NCBI GenBank assembly: GCA_043228905.1
Contig: JBHGNT010000020.1
Coordinates: forward strand, 12,772,001 to 12,836,000
DNA: 64,000 bases
From: Azolla caroliniana
Lineage: Eukaryota > Plantae > Polypodiophyta
Direction: 5' to 3'
The position numbers and the translations under genes were made by a program. Within the stretch, counting starts at the first letter, position 1, and every line of letters begins with the position of its first letter. The notes under the pieces were generated by a model, which saw only the letters and a program-made list of their open reading frames with translations, was not told the origin of the DNA and ran no database searches. Below, one piece after another: positions 13,001-25,690 of this stretch.

Positions 13001-16000
13001 ATCAAATTCTATCTTCAAAAATTGTAGTTGACATGGAGCCCAGCCAGATTGCTTGGCTCTTATTATGTAGCAGGGATAGGTTTCTGAAAAAATCTCTCAA
13101 TAGGATCACTCTTTCATTAATAGAGCAGAACATGTACTGTAAGTTGGACATTTTTGTTAATAAGTCACAGGAGAATGAGGTAATCAACTGTCATATAGTA
13201 GCTTCCCTTGTTGGAAATCTTGAATGTTATCCTTTTTAGATCCATAGGGAAGGGCCTCCCTGATCTTATTCCCCATGATCTCAAATTCATTTAGTAGCAT
13301 TTTCTTCTTCAAAGATGACATCTTCCTCATGCGGGTCCTATTCCTTGATATTTGATATTAATTCTATATTCCTTGATATTTGATATTAACTCTATTGAAA
13401 GATGTATTCTGCTTTTTCTCCACGATCTGCTCTTAAACTGCTTCAACCAGGTCTTTCCCGCAAGGTAGGCCAACTAGGTTTGATTTCAGTGAGCTGATCC
13501 TTGACCTTGCCATTCTCTTCCTAAGCTTACAGTTCTCTTGTATTAAACTCGTCTTTCATAGGCGGCCTCGACTTGTAGTGGTTTGGTTGGTGTGACGAGA
13601 TCACAGACACAAAACATCTTGAGGAAACGTATCATGTCAGGTCTTTACATCAAAGACTAATAACCAGCCACTATAGCTATGAAAAGAAGGGGAATGTTTT
13701 ATTATTATGTTCTTGACTAAGCTTATGCTTACAAATAGCAGATTTGTTGATCATAGCATTTCTTTCATGCACAGAAACTTTGAAAGAGGATTTAAGATTG
13801 AGATTACACAGTATTAGGCCATTTCTTGGAACCTCATAACATCATATACGTATTTTCTACCTTACTGATGCAACCGACTCCTCAAGCTATTTTATTGTTC
13901 TTGTATATGAGTGCAGACAATCTAAATGATTAAGATTGAGTGATATTTCCTAAGTCACTGGTTCTGTAATGTTTTTCACTACTATGCATATACAACTTCT
14001 TAACAAAGTGAATTAAAATAGTTTCATCAGAATCCTGTCCATTTAGTAAGGCGGATTTGAAATTTTTAAATATATAGAATTTATTCTGGAAGAGTTCTAA
14101 TTCAATCAAGCCTTACAATTTGATTCAAAGGAAATAACCAGCGTCACATGTTTCCAGCTAAGGAAAAATATGAAAATACAATTGCAGCCCCAAAACAACT
14201 TCAACTTATGACATGATGATCTGAATTGTGTACCTTGCAATAAAAGTTCTTTAAATTCGTTTTGTTTCCCACTTTCCACATGAGTAATATAAGCAGCTAC
14301 AACAGCTAATTGCAAGGATTTCTCCACAAAGGAATTCCCTTCTTCACTGCAATAAAAGTTGAACTTTTATGCCAAACAAAGCAAAGATGGAACAAATGCA
14401 AAAAGTCATTTCAGGCCACTGCTGGTCAAAAAGTCATTTCTGTGCTACACATATTACTTGTTTCCCCCTTACATATTGTCTACTTGCTGCAAATAGGCAG
14501 ACTTGCTAATTCTTTAATCTTCGATACCTCCAGATGTGAGGCATCCTTACTTTCTGTGGGATAGGCTGCTTTTTGTCTGGCCCAAAACATGTTTGTGGAG
14601 ATCAAAAGCATGCAGGGGGCACTTGTGTATGTGTCTTGGATTGATATAGTAGGCATTGTATACCATTTGAAAGACAAGAAACGAATGGTTCATAAAAACA
14701 ATATTTCATCATAGTGCATCATAAACTTCATACTTACTTTAAAGGAGAGACTTTTCGTAATGAGAAATCTTTTAATGACAATTTATAAGTGGACTCCTTA
14801 GAAAGCTGAGGCGATATAACCGTCACATCTACCCAGGACTGCAATGTATAACAAATTATTAATAAAATTTGCATTAATCAAAGAGGAAGTGTTTTAACCT
14901 ATTCTAAAAATGCTTACCCATGCCCAACTACCCTCAGAAAGTGTTGAGTAAATAGGTTTCACTATGGCAAAAAACCTGGCAGAGGTGGTGAGAACCAGGC
15001 CCGCATTTGGTCGTTCCAGAACTAAATAAGCACCTGTAAGTAGTACTTTCCCAGGGGCAGATGCAACCCTGCCAATTTTGGAAACAGACTAAGAGCATTA
15101 AATATGTTGGCACATTTCTTTTGACTTAAAAATAGAAGTTTGTAGAGGTCTTCTGTCTTATAGAACTTTAGACATTAGTAATAAAAAAAATATACATTAT
15201 ATTAGTGGCAGTAAAAATAGTTGTGGTATAAGACAACATTGCAAAGACATAGTTAACTGGTGGGGGCATTGGGCAAGATCATTAATAGTAAACCATTCAG
15301 GGTCACTTTCAGTCAACAATTACGACATAGACAAAAAATAGCTTTTCTTCCTTACTTTTAATGCATTTCCAATCCTACAAGTTTTGTATGTGTGCTGAAT
15401 TACTTTCCAAAAATACATACTATAGCAGAATAAAAATACGTTTTAAAAAGATAGAGAGGACATACACAGCCATGTAGGATATCAATTTTCTTTTAGCATA
15501 AAAATTATCCCTGTTACAAGTGGAAAACACAAGGCAATGTCAAAGTTAGTTGCTTTACATCAACAAGTAGACAACCCAAACATTATTTCCACATTTAAAG
15601 TCAGTATTAAATAATACTCTTTAATAGAAAAGTTTGTATCTATGATATGGTGTGTGTGGGTAAGATATGAACACCCCATCACAGGATCGTACATTACTCA
15701 TTACTACATAACTGTTAAAAGATAAATTTTGTTACCAAACCAAATTTTGATTTAGGATATTCTTCCTAAATCTTTTCCCACTTTAACTCTTAATCGTTAC
15801 TGCTCACCTGCATGATCCAAACAAGTCCAGTTTAGTGCTAAAAAAATAGGGTATGAATGTTTTCACATATCTGTACAGGGAAAAGCAATTTAAAAACCCA
15901 TATATCCACAGTTATCGAAGATTAGAGGATTTTAGACAATCTTACATAGTGATTAATATTATAATGCACGTACAAACTTATAGAATTTAAAACTTAAACT

Positions 16001-18406
16001 AAATGTAGTTGTCAAGAATGTTAGTATCAGACGAAACAAGTAAAGCTCTGTGGGTGGACAAGGTACCTTGGATCTGGAACTGAACAAGAATGAAAATCGC
16101 ATTAAAGTTGATTTAGCTGTCAGGAATGGACACAGCAGAGGAATCAAGAGAAGCTCAATAAGCTAAGAAAACAACCTGGAGGGTAGTACTGAGCAAAACT
16201 ATGAAAAAGAGTTGTGTGATACAGAATACAACACACAATCTAGGGAGTCTAATAATGCCAGAGCATCCCTACGTGCTTCTGAGATCTCTCCATTCTGGAT
16301 CAACGTATGTTACAAGATCTTTCGAAAACGAAAAGTACAATCTATGTGACTTGAGAATCTTATGTTCATAGCAGGATTCTTTAGTCACTTTCATTTTTAT
16401 TTACCTTTTTACTTGGTTACATTTATTTTGTTTTGTTATTCTCAAAGACAAGACAATATTTTAAGATGTAATCTCTTATTCGGTCTTATAGGCCTTTAGC
16501 CTCATAAAAGACATTAATATATCTTTCTTTTCCTTTCACGACTTTCTAGTCATTATTTATCTCTCTCAAGATATCTGAGAATGAAGAGGGCGAAGTTGGA
16601 CCTAAACTAGGGAGCATCAAAGATGAGTTACAAAAAGGGTGGGCAGGAGTCGTTAAAGTGGAAGTAAAGGCAGAACTCATCCAAGACAAAGAAATTGAAG
16701 TAACAACCTAGCAATATCAAAGCTGAACTAAAGAACAAATTGGCTACAGTACTCAAAGAAGAAGTAAAAATGGAAATTGAAGCAAAAGAGTCAAGATAGA
16801 TGGAGGTTGCTACGAAACAGATGCAATGACACGGAAAGGAACTTGTGTAGAATACAATTGAAGAAGAGTGGAAGAGACATGAAAGATGACTCAATGTGCG
16901 AGTTGCAGACATCCTCAAGTCACCAAATGCCACCATTTCTTTGTTTGACTAAGAATGGACACCAAAAAGCAAATCATACTACGGGGGATTGATACCCCAT
17001 ATTTTCCTTGATGAACTGATGAAGATGCAAATTGACCATAGAAACAATGTACATGACAATCATACATGTGCAAGGAAGGCAAGGACGATGGAGCACTCTG
17101 GACAACCTGGTAAGAATGGATGAGGTCAAAGTAGGACAAGACATGCTCCTTATTACAAAGACGCACCAAAGCTATGGGAGTTGGTAGTCGGTATACAGTT
17201 GAACCACTACACAAGTCTGGAGCATGCTCTTAGAGACACAAGTCTTATTCATTGTACTATGCTACTCCCAAAAGATCACAATATGAAGTGATTTACAACA
17301 ATAAAGGAGCCAAGAGAAACAAATAAATTGAATCGCCCTACAGGGTCCAATTTAAGGACATTATGTGATACTCAAGTCTAGACAAATTATTCCTCACAGG
17401 AGACTTCAGCACCAAGATGCAAAAAAAAGTGAACTATGACAATAAAGGAATCAAGAGAGATGAAGAAATTGAATCACCTTAACAGGGTCCTATCTGAGGA
17501 CATTATACAATACTCAAGTCTAGACCAATTAATCCTCACAGGAGACTTCAACACCAAGATGCAAAAGAGATAAACCTATGACATGGAAACCTAGAGATGA
17601 TGCACTTGATATCTTGGGACGGTGGAGTCCAGCTGTCTCAGGATCACACAACACAGGGTATGGAAAACATCTATAAGGGCCAGCATCTTAACACCACCTA
17701 GTTATCTATGACAACATGAACTGAAGGCAAGACTCTAACGGTTGTACACATTTTTCAATGGAGGCAGCAGGTGCATAATGGATTGTATCCTCAGGATAAG
17801 GGAAGACACCCAAACCATAAAAATGTCACCATCCCACCCCACTATATCAGCACCGGTCACACTTACTTTCTATAACCCTTGCCAACACACCATCACAACC
17901 ACTTCCTCCCTCACCACCGGCCTCACCCTATGCACAAACATCCTCTTTATCCACGCGCTAGCACAAACATATAGTGAACATGTCCAACTGACTCTACATC
18001 TAGATCCAACCACATCATTCAATCCTCTCACCTCCCGCCTCTCAAATTTACTCCATACCTTTGCCATCAATAGATTTCCTTACCGCAGCATCCAAAGTTT
18101 TAGTTAATTTGAAGGTTTCTCTTCTAGATTTCCTCAAAATCAGCAAGTCTGTTCAACACTTGGAAAGGCCTCAATCCAAATAATTGGTTATATCCCACAC
18201 TAGAATAAAAAAACTGCATGAGGTGTCAAAGTTCTTTTTTCCTCCTAATCATCATCACAATGAAGGATATCACTCACACTTGGTCTACGTTAAGTAAGTT
18301 TTGTTGACACGAAAAAGTCTATAGATTTTCTTCCAAGTTTATAGTAGAAAAGTACCTGTTTCAATCATTGCTTGATGGAGAAGAAAATAGTTGCTGACGG
18401 TTCCAT
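10026..18406 (-). CDS. PMK: Phosphomevalonate kinase (ERG8-type GHMP kinase), 10 coding exons, about 512 aa
   Basis: Exons (minus): 18406-18399 (inferred 8-nt start ATGGAACC), 15068-14918 (VASAPGKVLLTGAYLVLERPN), 14838-14738, 14346-14234, 12917-12865 (ILGSNDFYSYR), 12516-12133 (KTGLGSSAA; AQGKIGSGFDV), 11933-11829, 11385-11158, 10673-10551, 10298-10026 (GVPGAGGYDA). Total 1539 nt, in frame. The first exon is the least certain. Confidence 0.92.
16268..16537 (+). mobile_element. LINE 3'-end fragment (CTTT-tailed family), copy A, in PMK intron 1
   Basis: Shares GATCTTTCGAA...GAGAATCTTA...GACAAGACAA...TAGGCC...AAAGAC(A/G)TTAATATATCTTTC with the copies at about 35.4, 46.4 and 49.9 kb. Confidence 0.7.
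16570..18110 (+). mobile_element. Degenerate LINE 5' region (ORF1-like segment plus endonuclease remnant) in PMK intron 1
   Basis: An LTGDF(N/S)TKM endonuclease-like motif occurs twice in an internal duplication of about 140 bp (about 17297-17566), followed by GYGKHL and YTFFNGGS..MDCIL-like segments. Many stops. Confidence 0.55.
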
Positions 18407-18627
18407 GGATCCACGCACCTTTATACACAAAGATCATCAATTTATGCAATCATACACATAGATACATATATATATCCATCTCGATTCAATAATATGTAGA
18501 GGCTAAGATGGAAATCCAAAACGATGTACAACTTGAGAAAAGAGCCAGGAAAAAAACAGAAGGAAGTCAAAACAAAGAACATCAGAAATTCCAAGAGAAG
18601 TGAAAAAGATTGATTAACTTACCGGTA

Positions 18628-18629
<2 letters not shown>

Positions 18630-18682
<53 letters not shown>
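18630..18682. repeat. (AG)n/(CT)n microsatellite in the probable PMK 5' leader
   Basis: Visible dinucleotide run next to a minus-strand GTAAGT donor at about 18617-18622. Confidence 0.9.
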
Positions 18683-18686
<4 letters not shown>

Positions 18687-19071
18687 TTCTGCAAATCAGA
18701 GATTTTGAAAGAAGAAATACAAACATACATACATACATACATATATGCATGTATCCGAAATCTCCGAAACCCCCACAAGCATACACATACACACATAGAC
18801 ATTTATGTGTATGTATGTATGTATGTATGGAAGGATGGATCACACTTCATGCCTGGATCCTCGTTGCAACGCCTTCATCAAGTACATAATTAAATACACA
18901 ATCAAAAGCAGCAGCTGGGAGATCACCTTATTTCTTCCTGTCAGCTCACAATCGTTGCTTGCATCTAGGCGTGTCTGGAGATTGCAGACAAGGAATCAAA
19001 GGAAAGCAAATCCTTCAAACTCTTCTTCCGCCATGCCGCAGAGATCAAAATCGGCAGTGCTTGCTTTGTGT

Positions 19072-19130
19072 AAACCCTAAACCGTGATTCTAATGTATGT
19101 TTAAGAGCCTGACAGTTCGTTGAAACCCTA
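19072..19130. promoter_or_regulatory. Two telo-box motifs (AAACCCTA) in a duplication of about 51 bp near the PMK 5' end
   Basis: AAACCCTAAACCGTGATTC starts at 19072 and again at 19123. The telo-box is a known plant promoter/5' UTR motif; function here is inferred. Confidence 0.5.
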
Positions 19131-19367
19131 AACCGTGATTCAAATGTATCGTTTACAGCCTGAAAGTACTAAATCTCTGAGTCCTTGATGCATTTTTTTT
19201 TATTTTTTTATTTTTATTTTTTATTATTAATTATTATTATTATTATTATTTTATTTTATTTTTATTATTTATTATTATGTCAGCATTTTGTTTGTCTTTT
19301 TCTATCTTGTGTGCAAATAATTTCTACGAATTTTAACGCCCCAAGTTGTGTGTAACTTCATTTTGTG

Positions 19368-19830
19368 TAGATATGAGCCCAGTTTCACCTCAAACCGAAC
19401 CGAACCAAACCGGTAAGCAATGGTTTAATGGTTCCAAAATAAATATTTGGTTTGGTTTGGATTATTAGCCCTACAGGCCTTATTCGTTCGTTCATTGGCC
19501 AAGTTAATCAAGTTCAAGAGAAGAACGGTTTGGTTTGGTTCTAAAACTCAGATTTATCGGTTTATAAGTTTAAGTAGTTTGGTTTAAAGGTTTATTGGTT
19601 TTTGGTTAACTTTATTTTCCTTAATGCTTATTTAATTTAATGGTTTAGTTAATATTTTTTATTTTATTAACTTAACTTAAATGCTTATTTAATTTAATGT
19701 AGTTTTGTTTATTTAGTTTTTAATTAGTTTAACTTAAATGGTTCGGTTTAAATGGCTTGACAATTCATTAACGGTTTGGTTTGGTTTGGTTCGATTTCAA
19801 GGCAAAGAAACCGAATTGGCTTCATATCTA
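19368..19830. mobile_element. Non-autonomous hAT-type MITE (AACCG/AACCA-rich)
   Basis: Imperfect TIR TAGATATGAGCCCAGTT / AATTGGCTTCATATCTA. Perfect 8-bp TSD ATTTTGTG at 19360-19367 and 19831-19838. Subterminal AACCG/GGTTT repeats. Confidence 0.9.
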
Positions 19831-20497
19831 ATTTTGTGTGCAAACTTTGATGAATTTTGTTGTCTTTATCTTATGAAAATTTGAAAATTGGAGGGTGGGT
19901 GCGACTTAATGGAAAAGGAATAAGCTTATCAAGCGTAGTTTTCAAAGCAAATATTGGTGGAGAACATGAGAACTCAACATGATTTTCATTTATCGATCAT
20001 GTAGGGTCACGACCAAATGGGAACTTGTTTGGGTACTACTAAGCCATGCTAGTTTGTTATGAAAAAGGTCATAAGCTTCCTTCCATATATAATTGCATGT
20101 CACTTGCAATAAATGTGACATGGTATTGCTAGAAATGAGATGTCTTTCAATGACATTTGCATGCATTTTGTGATGGTTCATTGTGGCTCAAACCCCACTA
20201 ACATACATATGTGAGAGTGTTGGAGTCCTAAAGCATAGGATTCAACACTACATCATCATGGTTATATGTATTTAAATTCTAAAAAATTGTGAAGATACTT
20301 GCATGACGCTATATAAGCAATACTTTGCTAGACATAATGCCTTCACATTGGGCTCGAACACAATGTCTTTTTTAAGTTACAATGTTGGAATAAAGAAAAA
20401 AAGTCTATGATAGCCCACAATCTATTAAGAGCCACAACCCAATACATTTACTACCTTTACGAATTTAAAAACCTACACTTTATTAAGAGCCACAACC

Positions 20498-20690
20498 AGT
20501 GTTGGGCAAAGTCTCTAGCCCCTACCGGAAATTTTCTTGGTTTTTAGGATCTTAACCGAAATTGAAAATTTTTAACCGGCCACTTTCCTACAAACGATAA
20601 TGTCAACCGGAACACGTTGAAAAAAACTTTTTAGCGCATACCAAATCAAATAAAAAAATGTTTAGAACATACCAAATCAAATAAATTGCA
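20498..20690 (+). mobile_element. Orphan left end of a DNA transposon (probably hAT)
   Basis: CAGTGTTGGGCAAAGTCTCTAGCCCCTACCGGAA..., about 200 bp, closely similar to 22593-22780. Confidence 0.55.
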
Positions 20691-20702
20691 AAATTATGGA
20701 TC

Positions 20703-20739
<37 letters not shown>

Positions 20740-22592
20740 CAAAAAATGTTTACAAACTTTGTAAACTCGCATAAGCAACATTTTAGATCAAATCCATGTA
20801 TCAAATCTATTAAAAAATAAAGAAGAAAGCGGAAGGCTCACACACACATGCAAATCCATGTATGTAAATGTAAAAGAAATTGAGGGAACAAATATATTGC
20901 AAACAATATTGAAGGAAAAGATCAAGAGAAAAAAAGCGACGTCTATATTAAAACAATATAACAATACAAATGCAAGGTAATAATGCAATATACATGCATC
21001 CTTGTGATTTATTCTTGTCTATTTTCATCATCTTTTTGTGCTTTTTTTGTGCTGAGATAATTTGTTGTACATAATTTCCGCCCATTTTTCAACCTATCCT
21101 CCACTACATGTGTTTGAAATACATGTTAATTCTCATCTCAAATTTGTTGATTCATCTAGTTATGTTGTTGTTAGTAAATAGTATGCCAGATTTGTCTAAT
21201 TTGAAAGGGCATCATTTCACTTTGGAATTCAAAGATGTTTTGTACCAATGTTTGTAGATGGTTCTCCATACTCAAATACATTTATGGAGTCACTTTGGAA
21301 GCAGTATTATACATACAATTGAATGCAACTTTCATTGCTCCTCTGGTATACTTCCGTGTACATGTACCATGGTACCATGGAGGTCTTGAATAATCAACAT
21401 TCTATCAAGGTTTACAGATAAACCTTAGTCTGCAAAAAAGAACTTTAAAGCATCTCGATTTCCTGGTTATTCCTCGAAAGGGATGGAAATCAACACAATG
21501 TTATCAACAAACATATATAGTGCATCATCAGCAAGCACCCAATATCCTATATAAAGATTGAAGAGAGTATGTGATAATGGGCTCTCAAGATTCGAGCAAT
21601 TGGACGTCACATTGTGTTGGTGTTTCTCCAACAATCCTAGAAACACCATCATGCAATAATGTTACAACTAGCCCGACCCATGGAAATAACGAAACCCACA
21701 TGAAAATTCCTCTTTCAAGAGTATATCAACATGACCTTCACACCTCAACAACGTTAAAGTCGATGAAATATCATAGTAACCCCCTGATGATGACGAAGAA
21801 GAGCAAATCTCTTTCCACACCTAGTTCCCTTACATCTTCACAACTTCATGTTCACCCACTAAAAAGAATCGCGAAGATTCAACCCTCTTCTCCAATGCAC
21901 ATACTTTGTGATGATCCCACATCCATGAATACCTTTGACCAATTGTTCCCATTGGCCAAGCCCAATAATGTCTCATCAAGAAGGATTAAGTTATTAGATT
22001 ACATGGGGTGTTCACCTGGTTTGTCTAGGTTAGAACGACAATATTTATGTGATGAATATCAAGATAAGGTCCCGAAGGAACATTTATCTTATAAATCACC
22101 TTTGGGCCAAATTAGCACACTACAACCTTTTCAAGGTTGGGAAAATGTCAAGGAGGTTAATGAACTTGATTTAGATGCACTTAACACAAGCTTTGGCGAT
22201 CATCTGTTAGAAAAAGATAGCAGTGTTGGTACTCAAAAATCAATGTGTTACACATGAGAAACCAAGAGAAAATGAGGACATAACTAATGTGGAGCCAATT
22301 GTGATCGAGGCTTTAATGTTAGTCAATGGTGGGCTTAAGAATGAGATCTATGCATTAAAGGAAACAATTCACACTAAAAAAGATGATGGAGGTTTGGTGT
22401 TGGATGAAAATATGGCTCATGTGAATGAGCCCCAAAAAGTTTCAATAATATTATTCGATATCGATTGTAAGAAGGAGAAACAACATCCAACTTCTTGTGT
22501 GCAGGTACTAGAGTATATTTATGTCTTTATTTCTAATAACGTATCCTTTCTTTTTGTTAATTTCATAAATTTTAATATATAGGGGTGCTAGC

Positions 22593-24112
22593 CAATGTTG
22601 GGCAAAGTCTCTAGCCCCTACCGGAAGTTTTCCTGCTTCTTATGATCCTAACCGGAATTTAAAAATTTTAACCACCACTTTCCTACAAGCAATAATTTCA
22701 ACCGGAGCATGTTGATTTTTTTTTTGCACATACAAAATCAAAAAATAAAAATCAGCACATACCAAATCAAATAAATCAACCAGAACAACTATGTCAATCA
22801 CTCTAGTAAAATGCATATCAAGTTTAAAGAATTAAACAATGGACGAGAAGTTGTTTGGCCCATGTCAATGATTATATTTGGAATTCTATATGTAGCATCC
22901 AAACTCATGAGTTCATTGTCAGACAAAGGAATATAAACCCACTTTCGTTGGAACTAACCATAATGAAATATACTATGGGAGCATAATTTTTGGGATCTCT
23001 ATATGCCATGACAATTATTCTCTTCCATAAACCACTTGACTAAGTTTGCTGATTAACAAGATTCATAACATTTAGGTAATTGAATGCGGATATGGATATA
23101 CAAATGCTTGTTAACAATCTTCCACGTCCACCAAATTTTTTTTAACTCCAGGGTTCTCCCTAACCCAGATTTTCATTCTCAGTCTCTTGTGCAACATTAT
23201 GATGGGGAAGAAGGGTGTCGTGGTATTTGCCAGGAATGCCATGACCATTACCAATGATAATTTAAATTTTAAATAATAATGGTGGAGAGTACTGGTCATT
23301 AAATAATAATCATACTAGTAATCCATAGATTCATTGATTCATCTACTACCCACTACAAATTATGTGTTCCTTCTAGTCATTGCAGGTCAGATGTTTCTAC
23401 TTCCAATACCACCACCACCACTAATACTAATACTAATACTAATACTAATACTAATACTAATATTGACCCTCACTACAGAGTCGATAAACGATTGGTTCCA
23501 ACAGGTCTCAACCCTCTCTATAAACTAATTCTCATATCTAACCCAACCTCATCCTTATACAGTCTCCTCCCTAAAATGCATCAATCATATCCTCTCCTAA
23601 TGCATATCATCATCGATTGGCAGATTATTATCTTGACATTGGCTACCATGACCACAAAGCTCTGTCTCTCTCTTCTTTTTCTCAGAGGAGTTTGAAGATG
23701 ATATGCATGTTATTGATCAAATCCCACAACATCGTGTCAAGATGACCACCATTGGGTTTTTTTTAATGTCTTGGGTGCTGAAGCATATACGATGGGGATC
23801 AGATAGAAAAACAATGAACAGAGAAAAGATTCAAACACAGAGAAAAACACATAGAAAACAGAGAAATAAAAACAGAGAGAATTCATAAGCAGAGAAAGAA
23901 AAACAGACAAGATACTTACTTCAGAAGCGAACAGCAGATTGTGGTGTAATCAGTCAGAAGCGAAGCGACAAGGAGCAACGAAGAATGAGGAGGAAAAGAA
24001 AAGCTTTGTATGGTTTTTCTAATCTATATAAATAGCCGGTTCATAATATATGAACCGCCTAAGCCGGTAAACCGGTCCCGGGATCAATTCCGGCTTTTTT
24101 GTCTCACACTTG
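22593..24112. mobile_element. Putative non-autonomous hAT-type element
   Basis: Left end CAATGTTGGGCAAA and right end TTTGTCTCACACTTG, both with CCGG-rich subtermini. Flanks GTGCTAGC / GTGCTCAT may be a decayed 8-bp TSD (5/8 match). Confidence 0.45.
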
Positions 24113-24954
24113 GTGCTCATCATTATAATTAATTTAGACGTTCTTTTTTGTTAGATTGGAAAAATTCTCAATGGGAGCTATGCTACTAGTGTTAAAAACG
24201 GTTTGAAGGCAATTCTATTTTATCATAATCATCTCATTTTCTAGAAATCATCCGTCAATGAAACTCCCTTTCTTGATCCATTTCTGTCTTTCATATTCCC
24301 GATTCATTCTCACTATCAAAGAGAGTAAAATCGACATAATAACATCTAATCCTATCAAATCTCACTATGTGCCTCTAAGGTATTATTGTCCACGAATTTT
24401 TATTTTATTTTATCTCATTCACTAAAACATACAAAGTTTCAAGCTTGCCAATTGGAAATATTTATGGAGGAAACAATATCTTCTCAAACTATACCGAAAT
24501 TTTGGTGGCTCTATGTAAACTCACTCGTGTGCTCCTAGAATTTCCTATATATTCCAAAACGTTGTAGAAGAATACTCTTAAGGTGAGTGCAACTAAAAGT
24601 ATTTCCATATCATCTTTTGATGAATCCAACGGAACATTTCAAATTGATACGACAATAAACACCCCAATGTTTTTTGTAGTACTCACACATAACCAATTAT
24701 TGTTTTTTTGAGCTTGTCTTCCACCTAGAACTTAATATGAAAATGAAACTTAACATATTAGTAAAGAAAATCAAAGCCATTGATAGCTTTGTTGGGTTAC
24801 ATGTCCTCAATGTACACATTAAATTATCAAGCTACAAATGTTTGAGAAAGCTATTGATGAAAGTCAGAATTATTTTTTATCAATGGAGTAGATTACAATT
24901 ACTTTGTGGATTCTTGTTATGCTAGACTACCCATACCAAACACATGGATAGCAC

Positions 24955-25690
24955 CATAATCTTCTCATTAAGGACTTTATGTCAATGTAATCTTCTCAAG
25001 AAATTGTTACCATTGTCACTACTTTAAGGACATTCATTGCAATCTTCTTGTTAAGGACTACTTGCCAATCTACTTGTATCGATGTAGCCTCCTCAAACTC
25101 TTCTTACCAATGTAATCTTCTCAAGGCCTACTCATCAATCTATGCTTATTAAGGACTATGTTTCAATGTAATATTCTCAAGAACTTCTTAGTAATGTAAT
25201 CTTTTGCATGACTTTGTGTCGACGTGGTCTTCTTAAGTAAAACTTATCATTGTAATCTCTTCATGACTTCTTATCAATGCAATCATTTGAAGTACTCCTT
25301 ACTAGTGTTATCTTCGTAGGGACAAGTTATCAATGTTTCTTATTAAGGAATTCATATCAATACAGTCTTCTTATGACAAACTTTGTACCAATGCCATCTT
25401 CTTATTAAGGGCTTTGTGTTGATGGTATCTTCTTATTGAGAACTTCGTATCAATGTAATATCAATGTAATCTTATTCTTAAGGACTTTATATCAAAATAA
25501 TCTTCTTACTAAGTACTTCTAATCAACGTAATCTTCTTAAGAATTTCAAAACGCGTGTAATCTTCTATATGACATCTTATCCATGTAATTGTCGTGAAGG
25601 ACTTATTCAATGGAATCTTCTTGAAGAGCTAACTTATCAATGAAATGTTATTTAAGGACTTCTTAGGGATGCAATCTTCTCAAGTTCTTG
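24955..25690. repeat. Degenerate 28-bp tandem array (about 25 units) in the probable 3' UTR of the MyoB-like gene
   Basis: Consensus approximately CAATGTAATCTTCTCAAGGACTTCTTAT. Units start at e.g. 25108, 25136, 25164, 25192, 25220 and 25248. Confidence 0.85.

Noticed and set aside
24955-25690. CRISPR-like periodicity of the 28-bp array
   Set aside because: Head-to-tail degenerate units with no conserved-repeat plus unique-spacer structure.
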